Shown here one piece after another: positions 29,058 to 37,680 of a stretch of DNA of 64,000 nt; positions within the stretch are counted from its first letter, which is position 1; each line of letters begins with the position of its first letter. The notes beneath the pieces are model-generated. The model had not been told where the DNA came from and did no database searches. It saw nothing but the letters and a program-made list of their open reading frames with translations. Both the position numbers and the translations under genes were made by a program. The stretch is from Escherichia phage vB_EcoM-UFV06: the sequence record OP555980.1, one strand, 5' to 3'.

Positions 29058-29271
29058 ATTTGACTTCCTCACCAGTACATAAATCGTATTCAACTAAACG
29101 AATAGGTTCATGAATGCCATATCCCTGAACAGAAATTTCTGTCGTAGGATAAATTCCATCAATATCACCCATATTCCAGGCTTCGTTAAATTGCTGTTCG
29201 CCTGAATTACTAAACCACTCGGCGAAAGCATTTAGCACATCTTTAGAACCTTCAATAATTATCTTTGCCAT
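29050..29271 (-). CDS. Hypothetical protein (73 aa)
   Basis: ORF. Confidence 0.35.
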   Translation of the reverse strand: MAKIIIEGSKDVLNAFAEWFSNSGEQQFNEAWNMGDIDGIYPTTEISVQGYGIHEPIRLVEYDLCTGEEVKYD

Positions 29272-29633
29272 TACAAACTCTCGGTAAAGGTACGAGCGAT
29301 AACGTCGCGCTGCTGTTCCGGAGTCAGAGAGTTAAAGCGAACTGCATAACCGGATACACGGATGGTCAGCTGCGGATATTTTTCCGGATGCTTAACTGCA
29401 TCTTCCAGAGTTTCACGACGCAGAACGTTAACGTTCAGGTGTTGACCACCTTCAATTTTAACTGTAGGCTGTTGCTCAATTTCAATTTCACGGGCATGCA
29501 AACCGTAGAAAATTTCTGGGTCTACAAAAGAGTCCTCTTTAAAAGTTTTAGAGACAATAATTCGTGCTTGAATACCATCTTCAAAATAAATAGTACCTTT
29601 ATGCGTGCCTTCAAGAATTTGATATGCTTTCAT
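29271..29633 (-). CDS. Autonomous glycyl-radical cofactor (GrcA/YfiD-like)
   Basis: C-terminal about 60 aa ([59 protein letters not shown]) match my recollection of E. coli GrcA including the RVSGYAV glycyl-radical motif; the 3-prime half is visibly more GC-rich than its flanks. Confidence 0.85.
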   Translation of the reverse strand: MKAYQILEGTHKGTIYFEDGIQARIIVSKTFKEDSFVDPEIFYGLHAREIEIEQQPTVKIEGGQHLNVNVLRRETLEDAVKHPEKYPQLTIRVSGYAVRFNSLTPEQQRDVIARTFTESL

Positions 29634-29640
29634 ATAAACC

Positions 29641-29970
29641 TCAATTAGAAAATAAATTTATCCAAGATTGTTCTTTAATTAAAAATGGCTCAGAATCATA
29701 TGCCATTAAACTCTGCGTGATTAGTCCTTTAAAAGGTCCATCAATAAATTCCATGGTAAAATATGGAATTTTATTCATTAGCCGTGCGTTAGGAGCAGTA
29801 CATAAAACTCTGCATCCTTTGAATACGCCTTTTTGTAATTTGTATTGCTTAGGATAAAATTCGCTCAAGACGTTGTTATTTGCCAAAATTTCAAAATGAT
29901 TCACCAATTTATTTTTAATAGTTTTTGGCGAAAAATAAAGATATTCGAAAAGTTGCGTGTCTGTCATCAT
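29641..29970 (-). CDS. Hypothetical protein (about 110 aa)
   Basis: Probable ATG at 29970 abutting the downstream gene. Confidence 0.4.
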   Translation of the reverse strand: MMTDTQLFEYLYFSPKTIKNKLVNHFEILANNNVLSEFYPKQYKLQKGVFKGCRVLCTAPNARLMNKIPYFTMEFIDGPFKGLITQSLMAYDSEPFLIKEQSWINLFSN

Positions 29971-30554
29971 TGCATTCCGATTATGAAAAACTGTGGACGA
30001 GTAATACCACCAATGCAACATTTAATATTACAGCAGCAGTGTACAGTTTCAATATGGACACTATAAATCTTATCCATATCAGGAGATTTGACAGGTTCAT
30101 CAATTATATACAAAATTCGCGAAAGCGATAAACCTCTGAACTTGCTTCCTTTATTACCAATAAAACTGCGCACAGAATCAGCAAATAAACGAAAACGTAT
30201 ATCATCATTAGAATAACGCGAAAATTCCTTTTTAATGTTATTTGAAGAAATTTTAGCGTAAGCTGAAGTATTAGAAAGAACAATAACTGTTCCGCCATCA
30301 TACAACCAATTAGCGGCAAAATTAGTTACTGCAGTTGATTTACCGGATTGACGTCCACCATCTAGTCGAAGTGTGCAATACTGCTTAAGTAAGTCTTCAA
30401 ATGGTGGGATATAATCGTTTTTACAAATTTCTTCTACTCTAGCGTCAGAATGGTGTGTAAAAGCATTCATCAGGGATAGATAAGGACCAGTTAAAAATGT
30501 TCTCATTTTATTCTCTCTAAATTTGGGCCATTCCATGGCGCATGAATTGTCCAT
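29967..30554 (-). CDS. Hypothetical P-loop protein (195 aa)
   Basis: GGRQSGKST Walker A-like and ILYIIDEP Walker B-like; start uncertain. Confidence 0.4.
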   Translation of the reverse strand: MDNSCAMEWPKFRENKMRTFLTGPYLSLMNAFTHHSDARVEEICKNDYIPPFEDLLKQYCTLRLDGGRQSGKSTAVTNFAANWLYDGGTVIVLSNTSAYAKISSNNIKKEFSRYSNDDIRFRLFADSVRSFIGNKGSKFRGLSLSRILYIIDEPVKSPDMDKIYSVHIETVHCCCNIKCCIGGITRPQFFIIGMQ

Positions 30555-30659
30555 TTCTGTATTTACCCATTACCGCACTTGGGCTCGACCTTATTACAGG
30601 TTGGCGGGAATCCCTCACAGAATCATGAGGTCCAGCTTGTTCCCATATTTCTTATTTGC

Positions 30660-31133
30660 TTATTTGAATGATTTAACGTACTGAATAGAACCTTTACTAT
30701 TCACAAAGGCAATTTTACCATTTTTGTTATACATAGTAGCAGTACGTTGATAGCCATAAGTTTGTTTACCAGATTGATAACCAACTAATGCGAAATTATC
30801 TTCACCCATTTTATTCTGTTTAGCGCGAATGCGTTCATGACCATGTGCCATAAGAACCTTAGCATCACCAGTTGCAATGGACCGACGAGTTTTTTCATCT
30901 TCAACTGTATTAACAAAGTCGTCAAATGAATCAAATTTAGCATGAGATTTATTATACAGTTTTCCATCTACTGCATAATTATATCCTTGTACATCCATCT
31001 CAACTTCTGTACCATCATCTAATACCGCAGTAATTTTCTGTCCTTTTTTAAATTTCAAAAGATCAGTAAAAGATTCAGCAATAATTTGAGAATTAATAGC
31101 TGCTTCAGTAATAAATTCTTTATACGTTTTCAT
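30660..31133 (-). CDS. Internal (capsid-targeted) protein, ip3-position
   Basis: N-terminus MKTYKEFITE matches the capsid-targeting-sequence pattern with an I-x-E cleavage site; 157 aa. Confidence 0.55.
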   Translation of the reverse strand: MKTYKEFITEAAINSQIIAESFTDLLKFKKGQKITAVLDDGTEVEMDVQGYNYAVDGKLYNKSHAKFDSFDDFVNTVEDEKTRRSIATGDAKVLMAHGHERIRAKQNKMGEDNFALVGYQSGKQTYGYQRTATMYNKNGKIAFVNSKGSIQYVKSFK

Positions 31134-31149
31134 GTGTATCCTTTAATTT

Positions 31150-31467
31150 TTATTCTTTAGGGAAGTTTTTAGAATATGCATCATAAAGCTTATTTCCAAT
31201 ACGGCGGAAAACTCTAGCCGCAAAACGATTTTCTGGGTTTTTAATCATGATTTGCATCATATAAGTACCCGCGTCAGAAAGAGCTTCTTCATAGTACCCG
31301 TTAATTTCTTTAAGAGTCCTACGTTTACCACCAGGACCATCAACAGTGATTTTCCATTTACCTGTAGAAGTGCGACTTGGCGGTTCAACTTGTTCAATCC
31401 AGATATAACCGCCTTCTACACGCTGTCCTGCAACAGATTCTGCAATAAATTCTTTATACGTTTTCAT
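31150..31467 (-). CDS. Internal (capsid-targeted) protein, ip2-position
   Basis: N-terminus MKTYKEFIAE; 105 aa, basic. Confidence 0.55.
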   Translation of the reverse strand: MKTYKEFIAESVAGQRVEGGYIWIEQVEPPSRTSTGKWKITVDGPGGKRRTLKEINGYYEEALSDAGTYMMQIMIKNPENRFAARVFRRIGNKLYDAYSKNFPKE

Positions 31468-31504
31468 GTGTTTCCTTTAAATATTTTAATTAGTAACTGT
31501 GAAT

Positions 31505-31533
31505 ATACTATCACAGTTTTAGGAGAAAGTAAA
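31505..31533 (-). promoter_or_regulatory. Early promoter (sigma70-type)
   Basis: Minus-strand TTTACT, 17 bp, TG-n-TAGTAT. Confidence 0.5.
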
Positions 31534-31538
31534 CAACT

Positions 31539-32507
<969 letters not shown>

Positions 32508-32526
<19 letters not shown>

Positions 32527-32849
32527 TCAGTGATAAAGTTATTTAAATTTTGAGTGTATTTCTTTTCATCAAAAATCTTTTGTTGTCTGCGTAGCCGCCA
32601 TGGCATTTCAATGAACGTGTACCATATCCCAGATAATATTGCTGCTGTAAAAATATTAACAAGTATGGTTAAAAGAATCCAATCTCCTATTCTGTCCATT
32701 GGATTTTTTATAAAAAAGTAAAATACGAATGATGTCACAGGACCTATTAATACATCAGTAGGAATTAGCTGACGCTTTAGTTCATACTTCACAGGTTCAC
32801 TTGGAAGGTATAGTGATGGCTTTGACATATTCTCTACATTCCTTAACAA
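32508..32849 (-). CDS. Hypothetical membrane protein
   Basis: Two hydrophobic segments; start uncertain. Confidence 0.4.
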
Positions 32850-33402
32850 ATTTTTCTAATAATAAATCGCTTTCAAAATTGGGATTTTCCACGAATTTAT
32901 CAAAAAGATCATCAACAATAGTTAAGATATTCTTTTTACTAAGAATACACTTATTTTCATGCTTCGTTTCAGAATCAACTATAAGAGTAAAGAAATATTT
33001 CTTGCCCTGAAATTTTACAGTAGTATCAATATAGAATAAATTTGACTTTTGTAAATTACGTTTAAACCATGCATCACTTAAACTATAAACGCCAAGATAA
33101 TCATAATCGTCGTTTAAATAACAGACCGTCCATTCAGGAGAAACAAAATCAGTAAATTCAACGTCAAAATCGCATGTTAATGAATGAATTGATTCAATAC
33201 TGTTAATAAGTATTCCAGGACGTATTAAAGACTTTTTACCTTTATAAAATCCAGAAAGACTTTCATCAGTTTCATATGAAGAACCCCAATAATAATTACG
33301 TCCTTCTGCCATACGTTTAAGAGCATTTAATAATTGATCTGGAACATCAACCTGTCTTTGGAACTCTTCAAACATTGAATTGAAATCACTTTGCATTTTC
33401 AT
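32797..33402 (-). CDS. Hypothetical protein (201 aa)
   Basis: ORF. Confidence 0.45.
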   Translation of the reverse strand: MKMQSDFNSMFEEFQRQVDVPDQLLNALKRMAEGRNYYWGSSYETDESLSGFYKGKKSLIRPGILINSIESIHSLTCDFDVEFTDFVSPEWTVCYLNDDYDYLGVYSLSDAWFKRNLQKSNLFYIDTTVKFQGKKYFFTLIVDSETKHENKCILSKKNILTIVDDLFDKFVENPNFESDLLLEKFVKECREYVKAITIPSK

Positions 33403-33422
33403 TCCTACTTACTTCAAGTAAT

Positions 33423-33438
33423 AGGGGCCGAAGCCCCT
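33423..33438 (-). terminator. UUCG-tetraloop hairpin
   Basis: aggggc-cgaa-gcccct stem; weak U-run. Confidence 0.4.
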
Positions 33439-33443
33439 TATCA

Positions 33444-34037
33444 TTATTTCAGAGAATTAATATATTCCTGAACATCGGCAGAGGTAGTTTCAACCCCGGA
33501 AATATTACCGTTAAAGGTTTCAACTCGAGCAAGAGTATCTTCAATATCAACCTTAGTCAGTGCTGCAATTTCAACTACATCATCAGCAGTACTAATTCCG
33601 AGGGCATTCGCGGCGCGAGTTTCACGGATATATTCCAATTTAACTGCAAGTTCTTGGCGAGCATCATCCAATTCAACTACTTTCTTGGCGATTTCAATTC
33701 GCATTTCAGCATACCCATCAGCTTTAGTAGTTAACTGCTCAGCTGTTCGACGATATAGCAAGCCGAGTTTAGCATGCATTGTTACATCTTGACCTTCGGA
33801 AAGAAGCTTGCGAATTTCACGCTCTTTTGATTCGGCCTGTCGATTCTTTTCGATAACAAGTTCACGAATACGTTTTTCTTCATTAATAGATTTAACAGAA
33901 GCAGTTTTTAAATCTTTAATTTTATCAAGTAGTTTTGCTGCTGCAGCAGTATACTGTTCTTCAACAGATAGATTTTTAGCCATAGCAGAACCAAGTTTAG
34001 TGCGAATAAACTCAACAATTTTCTTCAGTGTGTTCAT
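33444..34037 (-). CDS. Hypothetical coiled-coil protein (197 aa)
   Basis: Heptad-rich, charged. Confidence 0.45.
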   Translation of the reverse strand: MNTLKKIVEFIRTKLGSAMAKNLSVEEQYTAAAAKLLDKIKDLKTASVKSINEEKRIRELVIEKNRQAESKEREIRKLLSEGQDVTMHAKLGLLYRRTAEQLTTKADGYAEMRIEIAKKVVELDDARQELAVKLEYIRETRAANALGISTADDVVEIAALTKVDIEDTLARVETFNGNISGVETTSADVQEYINSLK

Positions 34038-34080
34038 AGTATTTCCTTAGGTTGATTAAGATTTAAAATCCGTGAGAGTA

Positions 34081-34257
34081 TTATACTCCGGATAGTTTGT
34101 AAACTATTTCAACATCGCCTTTTGCTGCTTTATAACCTTCAGCCCAAGATATAACCGAGTTTTTATCCGAAGATTCAAATTCTGGCATTGGGCTTTCGCC
34201 AATGTTCACGCAGTATGTTTCTTCATTTTCGTCAAACCAAATAATTAAAGTAGTCAT
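34081..34257 (-). CDS. Hypothetical small protein (58 aa)
   Basis: Hand-translated ORF MTTLIIWFDENEETY...; below the track cutoff. Confidence 0.3.
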   Translation of the reverse strand: MTTLIIWFDENEETYCVNIGESPMPEFESSDKNSVISWAEGYKAAKGDVEIVYKLSGV

Positions 34258-34325
34258 TTATTTCTCCGTTTCTGTATTTGTTTTGATAAGTCTATAATAA
34301 CACCGTCCTTGGTGTTTGTACACAA

Positions 34326-34589
34326 TTATTTCATATTATTGAAATATTCTTCTGCAATTTCGTCGTTATCATGGTAAACTTTAGAAGACAGTTTAACATA
34401 ACCTTCAGCAGTGAACATGTTAATCACAACCTTTACAGTATACCACTGACCATCTTCATTACCCATTACTGCGTAAGTTTCAAACATCGGATGATCAGGA
34501 CCGATAACTTTAATATCATTCACTGTACGACCAAAATCTTCTGAAACACATTTCATAAAGAAGTTGAACAGTTCGCCGTAATTATCCAT
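34326..34589 (-). CDS. Hypothetical protein (about 87 aa)
   Basis: ATG at 34589 with GGAG Shine-Dalgarno downstream of an early promoter. Confidence 0.45.
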   Translation of the reverse strand: MDNYGELFNFFMKCVSEDFGRTVNDIKVIGPDHPMFETYAVMGNEDGQWYTVKVVINMFTAEGYVKLSSKVYHDNDEIAEEYFNNMK

Positions 34590-34632
34590 TTCATTCTCCA
34601 AGTTGTTTTCTGTATCAGTAGTTGATAGTTGT

Positions 34633-34661
34633 ATAGTACCATAGAAGAACAGGGATGTAAA
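34633..34661 (-). promoter_or_regulatory. Early promoter (sigma70-type)
   Basis: Minus-strand TTTACA, 17 bp, TACTAT with upstream A/T-rich element; same conserved block. Confidence 0.6.
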
Positions 34662-34795
34662 CAGTTTTGTGAAAAATTTTTTAAAAAGTTTTGGGGAATT
34701 CTAGGGCAAGGAGGGGAAATTAAAGGATAGGATAATATATTATAAAGGGTAGAAACTAAATGATGCCTAGAGAGGCCTGGAAAGGCTTAGATACC

Positions 34796-34826
34796 AAAAA
34801 GCCCCAACCTTTTGGTCGGGACTAAG
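34796..34826 (-). terminator. Intrinsic terminator, copy 1 of a 31-bp direct repeat
   Basis: Minus-strand 10-bp stem, AAAA loop, then UUUUU; 30/31 identical to 35351..35381. Confidence 0.7.
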
Positions 34827-34830
34827 AATG

Positions 34831-35304
34831 TTATTTGATTTGTTTAGCAGACCAAATGCGGTCTTTAATAATTTTTTGGATGTCTTCAACATACTCAAGA
34901 GAATGAGCATGTGGGTTATCTTTAAAGCTATGAGCACGAGCTAGCTTTTGGCCTTCAGTTTTGATTACTAAAAGCTCTTTAAGGATAGCTTCATATTTGG
35001 AGATAATTCCTTTAACGATATTTTTTTCTTGTGCGACTTTAGGATCTGCTTTAGGAGCAGGTTTACCCGAAGCCTTTGCAAAAGCAGCGCCAGTAGCAAC
35101 TAAACTTTTCCAGGCCATACTAACTGCATTTCCCGTAAATCCTTCCGCTTTCATGTCGCGTGCGAACTGGAATCGTGATTCATCAGAAGCATCTTTGTAA
35201 GAATATTTACCCGCTGCAATGGCTGCTTTTGCGACAGCTTGAATTTCGGTGCTAGATGCTTCATTTAACACCGCTTCATTTAAAAATTGAGTATATGATT
35301 TCAT
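34831..35304 (-). CDS. Putative capsid-targeted internal protein (157 aa), function unknown
   Basis: N-terminus MKSYTQFLNE resembles the capsid targeting sequence with an L-x-E site; late promoter upstream; flanked by duplicated terminators. Confidence 0.5.
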   Translation of the reverse strand: MKSYTQFLNEAVLNEASSTEIQAVAKAAIAAGKYSYKDASDESRFQFARDMKAEGFTGNAVSMAWKSLVATGAAFAKASGKPAPKADPKVAQEKNIVKGIISKYEAILKELLVIKTEGQKLARAHSFKDNPHAHSLEYVEDIQKIIKDRIWSAKQIK

Positions 35305-35340
35305 CTTATTTCCTGTTTTAATTCGTGGATTTAATATACT

Positions 35341-35348
35341 TATTTATA
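35341..35348 (-). promoter_or_regulatory. Late promoter box TATAAATA
   Basis: Perfect TATAAATA on the minus strand about 36 bp upstream of the ATG at 35304. Confidence 0.55.
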
Positions 35349-35350
35349 CT

Positions 35351-35381
35351 AAAAAGCCCCAACCTTTTGGTCGGGGCTAAG
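35351..35381 (-). terminator. Intrinsic terminator, copy 2 of the 31-bp direct repeat
   Basis: Minus-strand 10-bp stem, AAAA loop, then UUUUU. Confidence 0.7.
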
Positions 35382-35429
35382 CCTTGCGGCAACCTTGTCG
35401 GGGTTCCACCTGCTAAGGCAAGTGTTTGT

Positions 35430-35521
35430 ACGAAACGCCGGGATTCGAACCCGGTTATTAAGCAGTTGACGCTACTCAATATTTTTAAAAGGCCATATCT
35501 CGACCATATCCGAACGTTCCG
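35430..35521 (-). ncRNA. Candidate tRNA-like/structured small RNA
   Basis: Canonical T-arm ccggg-TTCGAAT-cccgg with an acceptor-like 7-bp pairing, but no clean D or anticodon arm; T4 is reported to encode stable RNAs near its tRNAs. Confidence 0.3.
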
Positions 35522-35685
35522 TCAAAAACGCTACTCGGCTTACGGCAAAGATATTTCCTCGAATCGATAATTCGGTGCGCCGTTTCTGCTGTGATAGTAA
35601 AGAGCCAGAACACAGTAAAACTGTGGGAGGAAACTATACTCCAGGGAACATCAGTCCGACGACTTACCGGTAGCGACCCGGTTTC

Positions 35686-36036
35686 TTAGTATTCTTTTAA
35701 AGCATCAATTTGTTCACGGCGTTTACGCCATAAATCAATTGCTTCATAAGCAGATTCAGCATTTCGAATTAGCCGACATTTATATAAAGACTTGTGATTT
35801 TGGTATTGCGTAGATAATGGAATTTTATCTAAAAGGTCTTTGCGTTCAAAGTATTCGTAACCATCTAAACCAAATGAACGATTTTTGAGAAATTGCCAAT
35901 GACCATATTCGTTTTCGACATAAACATAATCTGCATGCTGATAAAGCAAATTAATTACACGTTCAGAAATAACAGTATCATTATGATTAAAATAGAATGT
36001 TAAATCATGAACTACTAAATAAACATTACCTTTCAT
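35686..36036 (-). CDS. Hypothetical protein (116 aa)
   Basis: ORF immediately downstream of tRNA-Arg. Confidence 0.45.
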   Translation of the reverse strand: MKGNVYLVVHDLTFYFNHNDTVISERVINLLYQHADYVYVENEYGHWQFLKNRSFGLDGYEYFERKDLLDKIPLSTQYQNHKSLYKCRLIRNAESAYEAIDLWRKRREQIDALKEY

Positions 36037-36054
36037 ATTTTCCTCACTTATAAT

Positions 36055-36130
36055 TGGTCGAGGCAGTAGGGATCGAACCTACGACCCAGGACTTAGAAGG
36101 TCCTTGCTCTTCCTTCTGAGCTATGCCCCG
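36055..36130 (-). tRNA. tRNA-Arg (anticodon UCU)
   Basis: Hand-folded cloverleaf; anticodon loop CUUCUAA; CCA encoded. Confidence 0.8.
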
Positions 36131-36134
36131 TAAT

Positions 36135-36210
36135 TGGGGTGACCGATGGGAGTCGAACCCATGACTACGAGAATCACAATCTCGAGTTCTACCAACTGAA
36201 CTACGGCCAC
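36135..36210 (-). tRNA. tRNA-His (anticodon GUG)
   Basis: Cloverleaf; anticodon stem CGAGA/UCUCG, loop UUGUGAU; discriminator C73; no encoded G-1. Confidence 0.75.
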
Positions 36211-36324
36211 ATTAATACCTACTCCAACAATCATGATGTCTTCACACGAAATTAAGAGAAGAGTGATCAGTTCAACCCCTATAATCGCGTCAAGTAGATA
36301 TTAATGTGACAGTTGTCACAAATT

Positions 36325-36399
36325 TGGCGGACGTGATAGGATTCGAACCTATAACCAATCGCTTAACAGGCGATCGCTCTGCCATTGAGCTACACATCC
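36325..36399 (-). tRNA. tRNA-Asn (anticodon GUU)
   Basis: Cloverleaf; anticodon stem AUCGC/GCGAU, loop CUGUUAA. Confidence 0.75.
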
Positions 36400-36403
36400 A
36401 AAT

Positions 36404-36490
36404 TGGTGGGGAGTGATGGAGTCGAACCACCCGAGTCGCAATGACAATGAATTTACAGTCCACACCGCTACCTCTACGGGATAACTCCCC
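36404..36490 (-). tRNA. tRNA-Tyr (anticodon GUA), class II, probable
   Basis: 87 nt with long variable arm; GACUGUAAAU anticodon region as in bacterial tRNA-Tyr; anticodon stem has two G-U pairs. Confidence 0.55.
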
Positions 36491-36496
36491 TTAATT

Positions 36497-36571
36497 TGGT
36501 GGCCCTGGGTGGAATTGAACCACCATCTGGCGATTATGAGTCGCTTGCTTGAACCTTCCAGCTACAGGGCC
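36497..36571 (-). tRNA. tRNA with anticodon CAU (Ile2 or Met)
   Basis: Cloverleaf; loop CUCAUAA; T4 tRNA-Ile is reported to use a modified CAU-type anticodon. Confidence 0.7.
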
Positions 36572-36572
36572 T

Positions 36573-36648
36573 TGGTGCTGATTGACGGAATCGAACCGCC
36601 GACATCCTCATTACAAGTGAGGTGCTCTACCTACTGAGCTAAATCAGC
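36573..36648 (-). tRNA. tRNA-Thr (anticodon UGU)
   Basis: Cloverleaf; loop CUUGUAA. Confidence 0.8.
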
Positions 36649-36653
36649 AAAGC

Positions 36654-36743
36654 TGGCGGAGGCGATAGGATTTGAACCTATGAATCGCCGGAGCGACTGC
36701 CGGTTTTCAAGACCGGTGCATTAAACCACTCTGCCACGCCTCC
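36654..36743 (-). tRNA. tRNA-Ser (anticodon UGA), class II
   Basis: 90 nt; anticodon stem CCGGU/ACCGG, loop CUUGAAA; long variable arm. Confidence 0.8.
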
Positions 36744-36745
36744 AG

Positions 36746-36819
36746 TCTCCATACAAGGATTTGAACCTTGGACCTCCTGATCCCAAATCAGGCGCTCTAC
36801 CAAACTGAGCTACACGGAG
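36746..36819 (-). tRNA. tRNA-Pro (anticodon UGG)
   Basis: Cloverleaf; loop UUUGGGA; CCA not encoded. Confidence 0.75.
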
Positions 36820-36829
36820 TAAATTAAAT

Positions 36830-36903
<74 letters not shown>

Positions 36904-36908
36904 AAATT

Positions 36909-36995
36909 TGGTGCGAGAAGTGGGACTCGAACCCACAAGGAAATCATTCCGCAGCATTTTAAGTGCTGTGCCTTTACCAATTTGACCATTCTCGC
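36909..36995 (-). tRNA. tRNA-Leu (anticodon UAA), class II
   Basis: 87 nt; anticodon stem CAGCA/UGCUG, loop CUUAAAA. Confidence 0.8.
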
Positions 36996-36996
36996 G

Positions 36997-37069
36997 CTGG
37001 GAATAAAGGATTCGAACCTTTGCATCTAGCAGTCAAAGTGCTATGCCTTACCAACTTGGCTAATTCCCA
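36997..37069 (-). tRNA. tRNA-Gln (anticodon UUG)
   Basis: Cloverleaf; anticodon stem UAGCA/UGCUA, loop CUUUGAC; CCA not encoded. Confidence 0.75.
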
Positions 37070-37155
37070 ATTATTAACAAAGGCTCTTTAGCAAGAACCC
37101 TTGATGATAGAGGGTATTAATCAGTGCGGTATGAGTTAATAATAACAAATAATTC

Positions 37156-37680
37156 TTAAAGCAAATTAAACATTTTAACAGTCGGCAAAACAATTTCTTT
37201 TTCTATATAAGAGTATTTAACACTCTCAACTACACGCAAAAAATCATAATCATAATACTCAGAAGCACTGCCTAAAATATTAATAAGTCCTTCAAGCACT
37301 TTATTACCATTCACAAAGAATAAGTCAAATACACGTTCTTCGTCTTCTTCGGATTTATTACCAAGGTCAACTTCTATGTCAAAGACCTTTTTAATGAATT
37401 CTGGATAAAGTTGTTCTGAGAACAGTCCTTCAACCAAGTATTCATAAATAAAAAGCGATTGCTCGCTGAACAAGCCATTACCACAATAACGTTCAGCTTT
37501 AGTACTAGAATGTCTGCTTTTAAACTTCTTTAAAAGATATTGGAATTGTAAGATTTCATGCTCTTCTACGCCAAACAGTGTTTTAGTTTTATAGTTGTCA
37601 CCATCATTTTCCCAGGTAGTGACATCAATTACGTAACCCTGTGGAATTGTAGTACCTAAACAAATATTCATTTTCACCAC
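37156..37680 (-). CDS. Hypothetical protein (174 aa)
   Basis: ORF upstream of the tRNA cluster. Confidence 0.45.
   Translation of the reverse strand: MVKMNICLGTTIPQGYVIDVTTWENDGDNYKTKTLFGVEEHEILQFQYLLKKFKSRHSSTKAERYCGNGLFSEQSLFIYEYLVEGLFSEQLYPEFIKKVFDIEVDLGNKSEEDEERVFDLFFVNGNKVLEGLINILGSASEYYDYDFLRVVESVKYSYIEKEIVLPTVKMFNLL

Noticed and set aside
29265-30131. Plus-strand ORFs 29265..29648, 29624..29857, 29845..30066 and 29925..30131 antisense to the GrcA-like and neighbouring genes
   Set aside because: Antisense to better-supported minus-strand genes in a uniformly minus-strand operon.
36135-36210. Doubt about tRNA-His because no G-1 is encoded
   Set aside because: Kept as tRNA-His: the GUG anticodon, C73 discriminator and fold are all consistent; the extra 5-prime G may be added or dispensable, but this lowers confidence slightly.
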